A DNA stretch of 64,000 nt. Origin: the human T2T-CHM13v2.0 reference genome, Homo sapiens. The notes beneath the pieces were generated by a model. The model did not search any database. It worked only from the letters and a program-made list of their open reading frames with translations, and was not told where the DNA came from. Both the position numbers and the translations under genes were made by a program. Position 1 is the first letter of the stretch. Each line of letters opens with the position of its first letter. Positions 15,150 to 29,378 of this stretch are shown here, one piece after another. The DNA is taken from assembly GCF_009914755.1 (NCBI RefSeq), contig NC_060925.1. One strand, written 5' to 3'.

Positions 15150-15548
15150 GAACGTATTTGTTTGCATATTCTTAAAGCAGGAGTGAGGATACAGCGAAAG
15201 TGAGACAAGGAAAAGACAACAAAATAAAACAGGAATGATAGAAAAGCCGATACCACACGTGTTAAGAGGTAAGTTCCTGTGTTAGATATCTGAGCTTAAT
15301 TTTATGGGAAGCTATGTGGAGCATGCCTCAGAATTACATCACTGAATCCATGGAGATTCTTCTTAGCGACCGTCACCCTTTCTTCCCACTTCATGCCCAG
15401 TAACAAGCTCCCGTGCTGCTAGAGAAAGTCCTCAGCTGGAAACTGGTGCAAATTCTGGAGATGAGACCTTGTAGAGTGTTAAGAATGGTTTTCTTCTCAG
15501 CAGCTACAGGTAAGGAATAGAGACTGGGCTATAAATACATCTGCTACA
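15150..15548 (-). mobile_element. LTR33-like ERVL solo LTR fragment
   Basis: gtgagacaaggaaa...gagcatgcctcagaattacatcac...catctgctaca terminus resembles recalled LTR33. Confidence 0.45.
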
Positions 15549-18320
15549 AACCAATAAAGCCCTTATGCTCCTTTTGGTGATCGACAATGTATTTAAACAT
15601 ATTAGATGATCAAGAAGGGCTGCAGAAAGGAGGAAACAGAAAGAAACAGCACACCTCTTGGTTTATTTTTATTCATTTCATCAGTTTCAAGGAAAATATG
15701 TTGGGAGTTCCTGGCATAGAGAATGTCACAAAGACATGTTTTCAACAGTAGTGCTATCCCTAGGGCAGAGAAGACCCAGAGAAAGCCCAAGTGGCTGCTG
15801 GAACAAAGTCAGACACCGTGCCACCTGTCCACACTCCTTGGCTCTGCCATCATGCTGAAGATCGCTTTAAAGGACTGGCTTCCCTCCCCCCAAAATTAAA
15901 AGAGCACAGACTGAGAAACTGAATGTGGGAGACAGCAGTGGATTATGCTGTTCTCAGGGGTCACCTCAGGTTTGGAAGCATTCTTTCAAATTAACCCATC
16001 TCAGGCCATCTGCAGAGAAAAAAGGTGGTACCTAACTTTTTTTCTTGTCAGCATTTGGTAGGGGTGTTTTATTGACGAAATTTGTTACCAAAACCTAGTA
16101 TTTTGTGACTAACTAAATATAGTAGAGTTTTAAATTTTATCATCAAAATCTATAGACAATTTTTGATGAAAATAAACTCCATCTCTATGTCCTGCTTTTC
16201 TTCTTATTATTATTTACATTGCTGTATAAAAGAACGAGACTTCAGAATCAAGAATATCTTGTCTCTTGGCATTGAATTTATACAAGGTGCTCTTTCTTTA
16301 ATGCTGTCTCAAAGGACATATTTTTACTCATTAAAAAGGAAGATCGGAATCTAGTTGTATGCACTTCTCCAACATATTAATAACTAAAATTAGGAGGTAA
16401 ATGTGTTCAAAGCTATAGAAAGACTGAGATATCATTTATGTTGATTACTGTATAGCCCTCTACAAACAGAAATTGTTAAATAATAGTTTATACAAATATT
16501 TTGTAGCATTTCAAATATTTGAGTGCTTGAAGTTTCTCCTCTTATATAGTTCAGATTATCAATTTGAAGACTTACTCCGCTAGTTAATATGTTTTTAGTC
16601 TCGTTTGAGTATTATATAAAAGCAATTTTCAGTTAAATGTGTTCCGCTTACATAAAACATTACAAATTATTGAGGATTTAATTACTTATTCATGTTCCTG
16701 TAATGTCTTTAGAAGATTTTCTTATTATTACCTATCAATATATGTATACTTTGTCAAAGAAAAATCAAACATATATATCATTGAAATTGAAACTTTTTAA
16801 AAGTACTTATTAATTCTATTGAAAAACCACATCCATAAGAACACTTACAATATAATATTGTGAACATGTAAACATATACCCTATGTCTATTTTATGTATA
16901 AGCATGTATGATTAAAAATATAGTGAAGAATTTTTAAACCTAGTATTATAAAGTAAAAATTTCTTAACTTCTGATGATTATTTGTTAAATAAGATAAAAT
17001 TATTTTGATTTGGGTGATTTTAAATAAAGAAAAATATTAAATTACATGACAAAAATTCTTTATAAAATGTTTATGATTTTTACATTGGTTTTATCACTTT
17101 TTCCACTATTTTATTTTAAGATGACCTGCCTGGTTTAAAACACTGTATTCATCTTAATTAAATTAAATTCCATTTGTAAAAAATTAACAAATGATTTGCT
17201 CTATTGTACAGTGCGGTTATAAACTGAATCAGTATCTCAAGATTTGATCCCCATTATCATCATCTGTGGTCCTTTTTTGTTTTATAAATGTATTGTCTTT
17301 TTCCATGCCTGTCACATCTCTACTGCTCTTTCATTTTTCTCTTTGTCCCTTATAGGGAGCATTGCCTATCTCTAGATTAAGCAAAAGTTGCATCATAAAA
17401 AAGCACAATAACCTGCTCAATCTTTCTCACACAGAGAAATGTTTGTTAAGTAATTAAAGTGTAGACGATGATACAAAGAGCTTTATTAAGTTAGATGCCA
17501 AAGTACCCTTGTGATTCAGAATATGTTGGTATTTAATTTCTTTGAAATCATTAATTGCCGAGTGACATTAATTAATGTCAATATTCCAGAAGATGTTCTA
17601 GTTAGTGAAATGTGTACAACATGCAAAAGATTCAGAACTCTGAAGGGCATCATTATTCTATAATTAAGAATTAAGAATTAATTCACATTAATTTTTGGGG
17701 AGAAATAATTATTAAGAATTAATGAATGATAAAATGTTTTTATTTTTTATTTAGAAAATTATTTTTTGCATGAGCATTACCGCAAGTTTTGCAAGAAACA
17801 TAAATTTAAAGAAACAATTATGTGCACAAGATGAATTTAATAACATCTTGATATATTCCACGATTGCGCTTTTATTTGGTAAATCTTTAAATGCACACCA
17901 TTTAAAGATAATAAATGATTCTTGGAAATCTTGTAGGTAATGGTAAATATTTGGATGCATCCAGTTACATTTACAAACCCATACAGTTACATTTACACAC
18001 ACATACATGCATACAGAATGATTCACGTGTGTATATATATATATGAATTTACTAATTGATATTAACTAATATGTATAAGAGCCAGTTGGATTGATATATA
18101 TTGTTGATCCTGAAAAATATTTATTATATACATGTTTAAAATACACACAGAAGTAAATAGCAATTGCACTAGGCATTTGAAACTGTACTAAAATATAAGC
18201 TGTGAACATTTTGTGATCATTACAAATTCTTACACTGAATAAATATTTTTATTTTTACAATATTAATATGTTTGATACCTGTGTACAGTTTTTACAATCT
18301 GTTATTTTATTTTTGTCATA

Positions 18321-18662
18321 GAGTCATGTCATGCATAATAACATTTTAGTCAAAGATGGATTACAGATACAAAAGTGGTCCCATGAGATTATAATAGATA
18401 TTTTTACATACTTTTCTACGTTTAAGTATGTTTAGGTACATAACCTCTTACCACAGTGTTCTTATTGCCTGCAGTATTCAGTAGAGTAATGTAGTACACA
18501 GATTTGTAGCCTGGGAGAAAGAGGCTATACCATATAACATAAACGTGGTAGGCTGTACAATCTAGGTGTTTGTAATATTCTCTGTGATGTTTGCAAAATG
18601 AAGTAATTGCCTATGGAAACATCTGTTAGAACGTATCCCTATCATTCAGTGATGTGTGACTG
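18321..18662 (+). mobile_element. Tigger3a/MER7A (TcMar-Tigger)
   Basis: gagtcatg...gtggtcccatgagattataata...gaacgtatccc...gtgtgactg, with TA on both sides (18319-18320, 18663-18664). Confidence 0.88.
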
Positions 18663-18933
18663 TACTAAAATGCTCAATGTAAGTTTCAATGCCCTCCATA
18701 AAATTGTTGTACTGTGAAATACAAATCTCTCACCCATGGCCTGAATATGTTTGCAAAATAAGCAGATCATGGGAAGGAGAATGTGCTGGCATCGCTGGGA
18801 TGATTTTCTCACACTACATGAATAATATCTACAGACTTCGTGAATATGAGCCACTTGCATAGACTTAAAGTAGGCATCTTTTGGCTGGGAAATTTATCAA
18901 ATGGGAGTATGAAGTGTTTTTAAAAGATACTTG

Positions 18934-18972
18934 TATAATAAAAAAATAAAAATACAAAAAAATAAAGCAAAA
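18934..18972 (+). mobile_element. Extremely 5'-truncated retrotransposon insertion (L1PA-type 3' end plus poly(A))
   Basis: TATAATAAAAAAA plus an A-rich tail between perfect 12-bp direct repeats AAAAGATACTTG (18922-18933, 18973-18984), at a TTTTT/AAAA endonuclease-type site. Confidence 0.7.
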
Positions 18973-19329
18973 AAAAGATACTTGCTTGTTTGTAGCTGGT
19001 AGGCTTACAGTGGCTCATGGCAATGGTTGAGGTTGCTAAGATTTGGTGGAAGAAGGCAAAATGAAATGGTCACTTATATGGTATACGATGTATGGATCAC
19101 TTGTTTCTGTTGAGTTACAGACTCAGCTGGCTATTTCTCCCAATGTTAGTTATTTGGAGAAAAAAACGTGATGGTAATTTTGGGGTAACAAATGCAATAT
19201 TTGATGAAAGCAAATTTATTGAGGGTTAGACAAACTACAAGATACTTTAGGCTGCAAAGTCAACACGAGACTTCTGGCCCAAATTGTGCAGAGTTTGCAT
19301 CCAGCTGCACAGTTCAAAGGAAGAGGCCA

Positions 19330-19620
19330 TGTAAGAAGATGCTCACTTCTGACACCAACTTCCAGTTCAGGGGCTTCCCCTGAACACCCTCAGTTTCAAC
19401 AATTTACTAGAAAGACTCACAGAACTCATTGAATGCCATTGTACTCATGGTTTATAATAGAGAAAGGGTAGAAATTAGGACCAATAGAAGAGACATGTCA
19501 TATAAGGTGGAATCTAGGAGATTTTGAATGTTAAGTTTCCATTGTCTTCAGGACATATTACCTGTCATTGTTGTACAGCAATAAACATGGAGCACTACCA
19601 ACCTGGGGAGCTCACCTGAT
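19330..19620 (-). mobile_element. MER21-like LTR fragment
   Basis: cttctgacaccaact...accctcagtttcaacaatttactagaaagactcacagaactca motif. Confidence 0.55.
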
Positions 19621-19669
19621 GCTAAAAAGACACTATTTAGAAAATGAAAAGACAAATGAAAGGATGAGA

Positions 19670-22200
19670 TAAGGTGACATTCCACATTAAGGCACTAGAA
19701 CGAATAGCAAACTAAACCTAAAGCAAGCAGAAGGAAGAAAATAAAAATTAGAGAAATTAATAATTTATAAAAATATTTGTTAGTGTGGAATAATTGATAT
19801 TAATTCTTGACTCGCTTTTTTAAAAAAGAGAAATATTCACTTCCCAATTTATTCTGTGGGGCCAGTGTTACCTTAATACAAAAATTAGTCAAAATAGCAT
19901 AGAAAATTAAAACTACTATAAGTATAAATGCAAAATTCCTTAAAAAATACTAACAAATCAGATCTAGCAACATATAAAAGAATTATACACTATGACAAAG
20001 TGAAATTTATACAAATAATCCCAGGTTAGTTTAACAGCCCAAAATCCATTAAGGTGATACATCTTATCCATAGAATAAGAAAAGAGAATTGCATGATCAT
20101 CTCGATAGATTCGGAAAAGACATTTAACAAAATCCAAATGTTTTAATGATTAAAAATAAAAATCAAAACTCAATGAACCAGGAATAGAGAACTTTCTACA
20201 CCAGATACATGGCACCTGTGAAAAGCCAACAGCAAGCATGCAACTTAATGGTAAAGGATGCTTTCCCACTATGGTCAGAGATAAGAATAGGATATACTTT
20301 GACCTCTTCTAGTCAACACTGTACTAAAGATTTCATGCAGGGCAAATCGGCAACTAAAAAAATAAGAGTCACCCATATTGAACAGGAAGAAATAAAACTT
20401 TATTTCAAAATAACATTCTTGTATATAGAAAATTTTAAGGAATCCGCCGAACGATAGAACTCGTAAATTATTTCAGCAATATTACAGCAAACAAGGTAAA
20501 CGTCCAAAAATCAATTGCACACATCTGTAATGAAAACCCCAAAATGAATTTAAGAAAACACTTCAATTTAAAATAGCATCAAAAAAAGAAATAATAATTA
20601 ATTTGGAAAATGTGATACAAGATTTTACTCTGAAAATTAAAAATTATTGTTTAAAGAATATTTAAATAATTAGCAGACACCTTACACGCATGAATTGGAC
20701 GATTTAATATTGTAGTACTTTACAATTTGAAGTACAGATTTGATGAAATCCCTACAAGTATCCCAACAGAGTTCTGTCTAGAAACTGACAAGCTGATTCT
20801 AAAATACACATGGAATAGTTAGGGACTCAAAATAGCCAAAATAATCTTGAAGAAAGAAAACATATTAGGATAATTCACACCCCCATGCTCCAAACCTTAC
20901 TGCAAAGTGTCAGTAATCAAGACAACACAATACTGATGAAGGAAAAATATATAGATTGATGGAAGAGAATTGAGAGTCCATATATAAAACTATGTGTCTA
21001 CAGTCAATGGATTCTTACAGTGGTGCCATGTGCAATTCAATGAGAAAGAGACAGTCTTTGAACACACTGGGTCAACAACGTAGATGTGGAACACCACTTG
21101 TAAAATAAAAAATTCGAACCCTTACCCCAAAGCATACAAAAATATTAACTCAAATGAATTAAAGACACACGTGCAAGAGGTAGAATAAAGCATATGCGAA
21201 AATCTTCAGGATTTTGGATCTAGCAAAGAAATAGCTGTAACCCCAAAAACATGAGCAACAAAATAAAAATTATATATTTAAATTTTCTTAAAAATTAAAG
21301 ACATTGGTGTTTCAAAGGACAACCAAGCAAGTCAAAAGGCAGCTCAAAAATTGTGAGAAGATATTTGAAAAACACGTATCTATATGTCTGTATATATATA
21401 TATGTATCTTGAATATAGAAAAATTGTTTTAACTCCGTAACAAATATCCCAACTCAAAACTGATAAATGATAGGAATAGATGTGTTTCCCAAGAAGATAC
21501 ACGAAGGGTCAATAATCCCATAAAAATATACCCAATAGCATCACTCATCAGACAACTACAAATCAAAACCACAGTTAGATAATCTATGGCTAGAACTGGC
21601 TACTTTGGAAAATAATTTGATGGCTTCTAAATATATGAAACATAGAATTGTCATATGACCCAGAAATTTATTCCTAGGTATACACCCAGATTATTGGAAA
21701 GAAGTGTTCAAACACAAATTGTACACAAGTATTTTTAGCAACAGTACTTAAAATAGCCAAAGGCTGAACACAACTCAAATGTCAATAAAAATATTATTGG
21801 ATAAACAAAATGTTATATCCATGAAATTGAATGTTATACAGTTATAAAAAGAAATAAAGTACCAATAGGTACATGAACCTTGATAGCATTATGCCAACTG
21901 AAAGAAGCCAGGCACAAAAGGCCACCTATTGTATGATTCTATTTAGATGAAAATAGAATAGGAAAATCTATAGAGACAGAAAACAGATTTGTGGTTGCTT
22001 AGGATTGAGTAGGGGATGGGTACATAGGAGGTTAACAGCTAGGGAAGGTGGGGTTTCTTTTTGAAGTGATGAAAATGCTCTAAAATTCATTGTGATGATG
22101 GCTCCACTTATCTGGGCATATACTAAAAGCCACTGACTTGTAGACATTAATGTGTGCACTCTACACTATGTAAATTATATCTCAATAAATCCTTTCAAAA
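19670..22200 (+). mobile_element. L1MB-type LINE, degraded ORF2 plus 3' UTR
   Basis: A-rich sense strand. ORF2 remnants (e.g. KDAFPLWSEIRIGY...EQEEIKL in ORF 20209-20457). 3' UTR atagagacagaaaacagatttgtggttgcttagg...aattatatctcaataaa. Confidence 0.85.
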
Positions 22201-22239
22201 ATACACAGAAGAGTAAGGGGTTTTGGAATGTTGCAGCTG

Positions 22240-22550
22240 GGATGCAGTTTGAAATACTGAATAGGCCTCATCGAGAATGTGAAGTTTCAGTAAAGACTTG
22301 AGGAAGTTGAATGAGCTGATCAATGGATATATGGAGGGCTATCTTTCCAAGCCAAGAAATTAACTAGGGTCTTGATCATAAGGCAGCAGCAAGTTGGCAT
22401 GTGCAGAGGACAGTGAGTTGGCCAGGACCACTGGTAAGATCAAGGGTGAAGATATAAAAGAATTTTGGCGGTTAACATGCGGCAGATCATGATGGGCTTG
22501 CAGACCATTGTAAGAAATGTTGTTTGTAGTGTACATGAAATGGGGAGACA
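22240..22550 (-). mobile_element. L2 fragment
   Basis: aggcctcatcgagaatgtgaagttt...cagatcatgatgggcttgcagaccattgtaag...tgaaatgggga, typical of antisense L2. Confidence 0.6.
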
Positions 22551-23864
22551 AATCATTATCCCATTATCAATATTTTAATAAATTGGATCCATGAACCAAA
22601 TCCAATGAGATTAAATCAATTAATAATAATATGCAAATTTGTATTAAAATTACAAGAATTACTTGCACGTTTGAGAACAGGAGAGACATGATTTTTATCA
22701 GCAATAATAAACATTATTAATTTTAATTGTGATCAGCTAATTGAGATTAATTGCAATACATCATGCTTTATAATGTGACTGTCAAAAGGAAAATATGATT
22801 GTAATCTTATACTACATCTATTAATGTCTTTTATTCATAAGAGTATAGACTAAGGCCCTAGTTTTCGAAGCCAACCTATGAAGCAGTGACATCTTATGCA
22901 AGTTTGCTGCTTTCTGCCACAGTGATCCTTGGTCAGTGGGCACAAATAGTTTTACAAACGCCCCTAGGCCTAAAAATAGTTTGGATCACAATGAACACAG
23001 AAACACCTTCATCCCTTCAGAAATACCTATCAATTACTTCCAATACAGAATGAAAAATTGACAAAAGAAATATGTGGATTGTAAAATTGTCAGTTAGCTT
23101 GCATCTACATGAAAGAAAAATGCCATTTTTATTACATTAGGTCATTGTTTCACATGAGTTTTGGTATAGCAAAATGTTGAACCAAGGGAAAAGAGAGATG
23201 AATTAATGAAGTCTTAAGATAACAAGAATTTGAAAGAAAAGGCAGGTCATCTTTGAAGGTTACTGACATAGTATTCATCTTCTGTTGTCACCTTTCCCGT
23301 CATTCCCTGTATGCCTGATGGACAGTTTTCACTCAAGTTCAGAGAACAGCATGCAAAATTAGCTACCAATTAATCTTTAGGAAGTGAGCTGCATTTCTAG
23401 CCAGAATGAGCTTACGTTTTAGCAGGAAGCATTTCTGGGAAATGTTTATGCTAGAGTTTGCCCTTCTTGACAAGGTGAGACATAAATGTCTACTTTATAG
23501 ACATGAATTAAGATGGGAAGATATTTTGGGGAATCATTTACTCAAACGCTAAATAATAAAGGTACACAAAGGGCAAATTATACTAGATTTCCTTCCCACT
23601 TGTTTTCTAAGTCTCATGCAATTCACCTTGATTCCCTTCAGTTTCTCTTTAATGTAGAAAGTGGCATTTTCATTATTTTAAGCTTCTAGCACAATGAAAG
23701 AATTTCTCTTTTTCATGAACAGGATCATACATGAAAGGAAGGAAGAATGTCCTATATCATATTTATTGTTCAACAAAACACTGCTCCACGGCTTAAATTC
23801 AGTTTAAAAAAGAGAATTTGTTGAACATCTAACACATACATAAAAGGCAGTAAAGACACATGAG

Positions 23865-24070
23865 AAGAGGGCAGGATATTGAAGTATACAGACTTCATTG
23901 CTGAGTTTTATATCTTAGGAAGTTACTCCACCTTACAGAGGCTCAATTTCCCCTGATTTAGGAAGGCGATGCTAATGGGTATTGCATAGGTGTAAGTATA
24001 AAAATGTTGTATTTAAGAGAATCCCACAAGCTTGGCATAAGGCAGAAAATAAATAGATGTGACATGAATA
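23865..24070 (+). mobile_element. MIR-like fragment
   Basis: Core-like cttaggaagttactccaccttacagaggctcaatttcccc. Confidence 0.35.
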
Positions 24071-24145
24071 AGTAGTTTATTACATTTGTATACTACCTGC
24101 GGACTAGAGGAAGCAAGAAACACAGCCACTATGCTTGATTAGCAT

Positions 24146-24380
24146 TATAGAGATGGTACGATGATGGTTGCCAGAAGCTGGGGGGAAGAGGAAATGGGGA
24201 AGTATTGTTTAATGGGTATAGAGTTTCAGTTTTACAAGATGAAACCAATTATGGAGATGGATGGTAGGGACGGCTGCACAATGTTATGACTATATTTAGT
24301 ACCACTGAACTGTACACTTCAAATGGTTAACAAAGTACATTTTATGTTATGTGTATTTTACCACAATAAAAAAATAAAAT
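24146..24380 (+). mobile_element. L1MB 3' end
   Basis: atggttgccagaagctgggg...tgtttaatgggtatagagtttcagttttacaagatgaaa...tgtgtattttaccacaataaaaaa. Confidence 0.85.
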
Positions 24381-24589
24381 ACATTAGGAACATTTTCATG
24401 AAAAAGCCCACATAAAATTCATTTTAATGCACGTGTTTATGCATAGCTTTCTATTTTTCTCTTTTCCCATTATATTCCAAATTCTAATCAGAGAAGGGAA
24501 TCCCCTCTGTACCTCCAGGATATTCAGTAAAGACCACTGGAGGTTCATGCCCTAGTGACAGTGCTCATTTAGCTCCAAATTACAGATGG

Positions 24590-25180
24590 CTCTAGACTAA
24601 CTCAACAAAGTTTAAAGAGAAGATTTAAAACAACAACAGACAAACACTCATCCTGAAGTTACTGAACTGCCTGCCACAACATTGTTCAAAGGTAGCCAAT
24701 AAAATCTAGATATTCAATAGCATAACATCAAAATACCCCAAAAAAACTCTGAAATGCGAAGAAGCCGTAAGATATATATAATTAAGATACATATTAACAG
24801 GATAAAAATAAGTCATTTATAAATGACAGAAAAGAAGGAAATTTCAAGATCCTTAAAGTAAATATATTTTATAAATACATATACATAAATACATATATAT
24901 GTCAGGGTACTTAAATGAAAATTAAACATAGGAGAAAAATAGAAGTTATAAAATGAAAAATGTGACATATATAGATGAAAAATAAATATTTGAAATAAAA
25001 ATTCCATGAGATAGAGTAAGTAATGGATTTTACCCTAACATCAGAAAATTTACAGAACAAATTAGAAGCATTACAAACTAAAGGACAAATGGTAAACTAA
25101 AATAAGAAAACCAGAAACTCACTGATACGTCAGACAATATGCATCAGTGTAACATACAGGTAATCAATATCTCAAGAAGG
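24590..25180 (+). mobile_element. Ancient L1M fragment (5'/ORF1 region)
   Basis: A-rich L1-like sequence (gaaaaataaatatttgaaataaaaattcc; taacatacaggtaatcaatatctcaagaagga). Confidence 0.45.
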
Positions 25181-25264
25181 ATGGGTGGGGTAATTATAGG
25201 TGAATACAGAATGGTACACTCATTCCTGAGGGCACCGAGAAGGGAGGATAGCTTTAGATTTCTA

Positions 25265-25391
25265 AGGGAGGGTATTATCCTTTCATGAAAGTCCAACCCC
25301 ATGACAAAACATCTCCCAGTGAGCCCCACCTGCAACATTGGGGATCAAATTTTAACATGGGATTGGAAGGGGCAAGCATTAAACCCATAGC
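25265..25391 (-). mobile_element. MST-family MaLR LTR fragment
   Basis: ccccatgacaaaacatctcccagtgagccccacctgcaacattggggatcaaattttaacatg...aaacccatagca. Confidence 0.7.
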
Positions 25392-26764
25392 AAGAGTTAA
25401 ATTTCCTTTTAACAAAATCACTGATATGATTCCATTTTGCCCTAGATAAAAACTAGTATTTCAGCCTACCATTGAGTGTGCTTATAGCTCACCAAAAGGG
25501 CACTCTGTCTCGGGAATACAGATTTGCCTAGAGGTATCCTATTGCTGTCAAAGAAAGAGCAATGAGGGATAGAAAAGGTTAGTGATGGAGACACCAGCGC
25601 TGCATTTTGCAACAAACAGTGTAAAAACTTTTCGGATTGGTTCTGCTAACTTACTACAGTTTACATTCCTCTCAGGTGGGAGAATTGTTGCGTTTTTTCT
25701 TAAGATAGAAAAGCAATTCAGATAATCTGAAATCTCCACAAGAAGGATAAGAAGCACAGCAGAAACTATTCTTGTCAGGAAGTCAATCCTTTCAACTCTC
25801 TGTGCTCCATAGAAACAATTGTCTGCACTGGCAGTCATATGAGGTACAGAAAACAGCCAGACCTCTGATCCTCTCTTTAGTGATTTCTGAAGAAATTAAC
25901 AGTCAACTGAGTAACTCACTGAGTATAGTAAACATTTGGCACTGAAAGAGGTTAGACGGATAACTATTTGTAGCACCGTATTCATGAAGCTGGAATATTT
26001 TCCATTACTGGTATCACATCCGAATGGAAGATGTTAAAACGTCTCTCATCTTGTAAGATAGATATGAAAGAAAATTTTCTGAGAAATGAAATTATTAACA
26101 CACCTGCGAGGTGCATGGAAGAGAAAAAAAAGAATAATCACCTTGAGATCTTCTCCTTGATAAGAGAACTCATTAAAAACATAAAGAGAAAAATAGAAGT
26201 TTAAAATAATTGAGCAGAAGAAGACGACTCTAGAGATTTTAAATTGCTGATAAGATTTTAATTTGCTCCAAGTTGAAAATAATTATATTGCTTGTGTTTT
26301 AAGGCACATAATGAGCAATTATATCACACATGATAGTTTCAGCAGTAAAATAGTATCCGTTAACAGCTGGAACTCATAAAAGCATAACACAATGTGAAGA
26401 TGGAATTTGCTAAAATAAACCATCTGCTGAAAACTGCTATTCTGCAAATTTAAAAATAAAGTTTAAATGTTATTTGTCTTATTTAATAGGGCTGTGAAAA
26501 AAATGCGCTATTTGAAAAGTAGCTGCTACCTTAATTAATTCTTTATATTAGACGGCTGGTTACAGTAATGCATACTAACGTGCTACATAGATATATTGCT
26601 AAATTTTCTGCATATACTATGTATTTGGCTTAAATTATTTGAAATTTTATAGTTAAAATAACAAATGTATATTTCAATGTTTTGACACAAATTGCAAATA
26701 TACCTTTAAAAAGCGTCTTACACTCTAAATATTATTTGTCACCTATATATTTGTCTTTTCTCTA

Positions 26765-27665
26765 TAGGAAAGTCTATATTTTTCCCTTGAAGCTTTAATT
26801 ATTTGAGTCTATAAAGCAAACTGATAATGTACAAATTAACAGGAAAAAAGGTTTACAGATATGTGCACAAGTATGCACTTGGAGTTTACATAATATATAT
26901 ACATATATCTATACAAATATTTGTATATTATAAAGACATATACAAATATATAAGGCAAGGGGGTCAACACGCCTATGCTGTCTTGAGGTTACAGAAAACA
27001 CAGAGCTGTAGGTTGGTAAATCAGGCTTTGCAGAAGACAGGTGACGACAAGGAAGAAAGAGGAGCCTGGCAGCAGAGGTGGTCTTGTTACATGGATGAAA
27101 CCTCACAGGGAGCAGCCCTCTTCTTGGGAAGTATACATAGGAAATGGTTTTTAGAAATGTAAACGTGTCAGGCTCAGTTAATCATTCCTAAACCCAGACA
27201 AGGGAGTATCTCAGGGAAAGCCTGTCTATATCAATGCAGATTTTCTCTACAAATGCAAATCTCCCCAACAAACACAGCTTTTCAGCTATTCTTGTAGAAG
27301 AAGTTATCTCCAGTCTTCCGAATAGCCATCTTGAAATATGTCAAAACCTGGCCAGGCACACGCCTGTAATCCCAGCACTTTGGGAGGCTGAAGTGAGTAG
27401 ATCACCAGAAGTCAGGAGTTGGAGACCAGCCTGACCAACATGGTGAAACGCCGTCTCTACTAAATACAAAAAATTAGCCGAGTGTGGTGGTGCATGCCAG
27501 TAATCTCAGCTACTTGGGAGTCCGAGCTAGGAGAGTTAATTGACCCTGGGAGGCTGAGGTTGCAGTGAGCCAAGATTGTGCCATTCCACTCTAGCCTGGG
27601 CAATAAAAACAAAACTCCATCTCAAAAAATAATGTATTTTAGGGTAATATTTTGAGTATCTTTAC
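26765..27665 (-). mobile_element. MER34-like ERV1 solo LTR interrupted by an Alu
   Basis: gcagattttctctacaaatgcaaatctcccc...gccatcttgaaatatgtcaaaa, then the Alu, then aatgtattttagggtaatattttga continues the LTR terminus. Confidence 0.65.
27349..27630 (+). mobile_element. AluS (Sq/Sp-like) with a short 5' internal deletion
   Basis: ggccaggcacacgcctgtaatcccagcactttgggagg...cctgaccaacatgg...cctgggcaataaaaacaaaactccatctcaaaaa. Confidence 0.93.
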
Positions 27666-28615
27666 CTCCATATGTACAATAAAAATTATTGAGATTTTTA
27701 ATCTTTTCTGTGGAGAAAACACAGGTGTGATTTCTAGTGTAGCTGAACATCGTTTATTTGATAATATTGCACTCGTGTGTGGGTGTGTTCGTGTGTAGCT
27801 ACTTTTTAATTTGGTTCTCACAAAATGATTAGATACTAACTATTAATTCAGTGAAATGTATGTTTTGCAATATTTCTCCATGTTATTATGCTTTAAATTA
27901 GTTTAATCATGCCCCTATAATGTGTACATTTTAACTTTTGACTATAGGTCTCAATCTTACTTTGATTCCTGTATTTGAATTTATGCTAATAAAGTCCTAC
28001 AGCTAAAAAAGATTACATAAACTTTTTAATATAATTTTTACTAGTATTCTGCTGTCATTTTAAATTATGTAATTATCTTAGTTAAGGATCTAAATTTTTA
28101 ATTTTCTTATAAATATTACATAATTATGTCTGAACCATATATTGACGAATCTGCCCTTTATATGATGTGTATTATAAGAGCTTGGGATTGTTTCATTTGC
28201 AAAGATGAATGCTTGAGAAGTAGATATTTAATCATAACATTTCAAAATCTACTGGATAACCTAGAATTGATAAATAACCTATAGGTTGAAAAACTCCTGT
28301 AATGAAGAAAGAAAATAACTCATATACAGTGACAATATAAATATTATAAGTATTTATTTTATTATCACCCTGAAATTTGATAATACAAACATGTAATATC
28401 TACATATCATCCATGTATCAGGTCATAAAAAAATCAATACATTCTTCAAAAATTTAGCATAACAGAAAATGCACTCTCTCTCCTTGATGGAATTAAGTTA
28501 CAAATAAAAGTAAAAATAAGTAGATAAGTAGATGGAAGTAGATGTTTAAAAACAAAGAAAAATATTTGTTTTGGATGACATAAAATCTCAATTGACAATT
28601 CCAATATTTCCAGAA

Positions 28616-28810
28616 CTTTGCCTGTCAACTGGTGGAGAGTTCCCCCCAGGAGACATTTGTCAATGTCTAGGGTTATTGTGGGGATGTCAAGACTGGTGGA
28701 GGTGTGAAATTTTGAGGTCAAACGAAACCCCTAACATTGCTAGGGCAGCCTCCCAAAACAAACAATCCTCTGGTCCTAAAGGTAAGTAGCACCAAGGTTC
28801 AGAAACCATA
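28616..28810 (+). mobile_element. MER20 (hAT-Charlie)
   Basis: ccccccaggagacatttgtcaatgtct...gggcagcctcccaaaacaaac...ccaaggttcagaaacc. Confidence 0.7.
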
Positions 28811-28925
28811 ATCGAGACAGGAAACACTACGTAGCTATTCCAAGTGCTCAGGAAAACACATCAGTGCCCTCGGGGGGAAAAGTGTAAACATTTTAATTGC
28901 TGTACATGGTGACACAAATCCATGT

Positions 28926-29378
28926 TGTTAATCTAAGTGGAAGGGGCTGAAGCACAAAACGTTATTCAAAGGGTTTACTTAAGCCACAATGAGGACAGCT
29001 GCCTGGAAGAAACAGACCCAAGTATCCTTGGATATGAACTCCCTTTGGAGCTTTGCAACAAGCAGTTTCTTAAAGGCACAAAAGGGTCCAGAAGTGTGAT
29101 GATGCAAAGAGGTTTGTCACAAATTCTCATTGGCTTATGGAAATAACATTTATTAGTGACTGGCTATACACTGTTACACTATTATGGGGTGTGGATTATA
29201 GTGTCTGGTGTGGCGTTATTGGTTAATTTATAGCTACTGTGGCAACACCAAGCAGCCTAGATGAACACAAAGCTCAAAGAGGAGCAGGACAGAACTGCTG
29301 TGTCATTTGAATATCTCTCTGGGCCTGATTATTTCAAAGGACTTGCATTTCTTACCTGAAAGCTATTTTCTTTTCTCA
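28926..29378 (-). mobile_element. ERV1 (MER4-group) solo LTR, subfamily uncertain
   Basis: TG...CA-bounded ~450-bp segment containing gtttacttaagccacaatgaggacagctgcctggaag...gacccaagtatccttggatatg and ending tttcttttctca. Confidence 0.5.
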
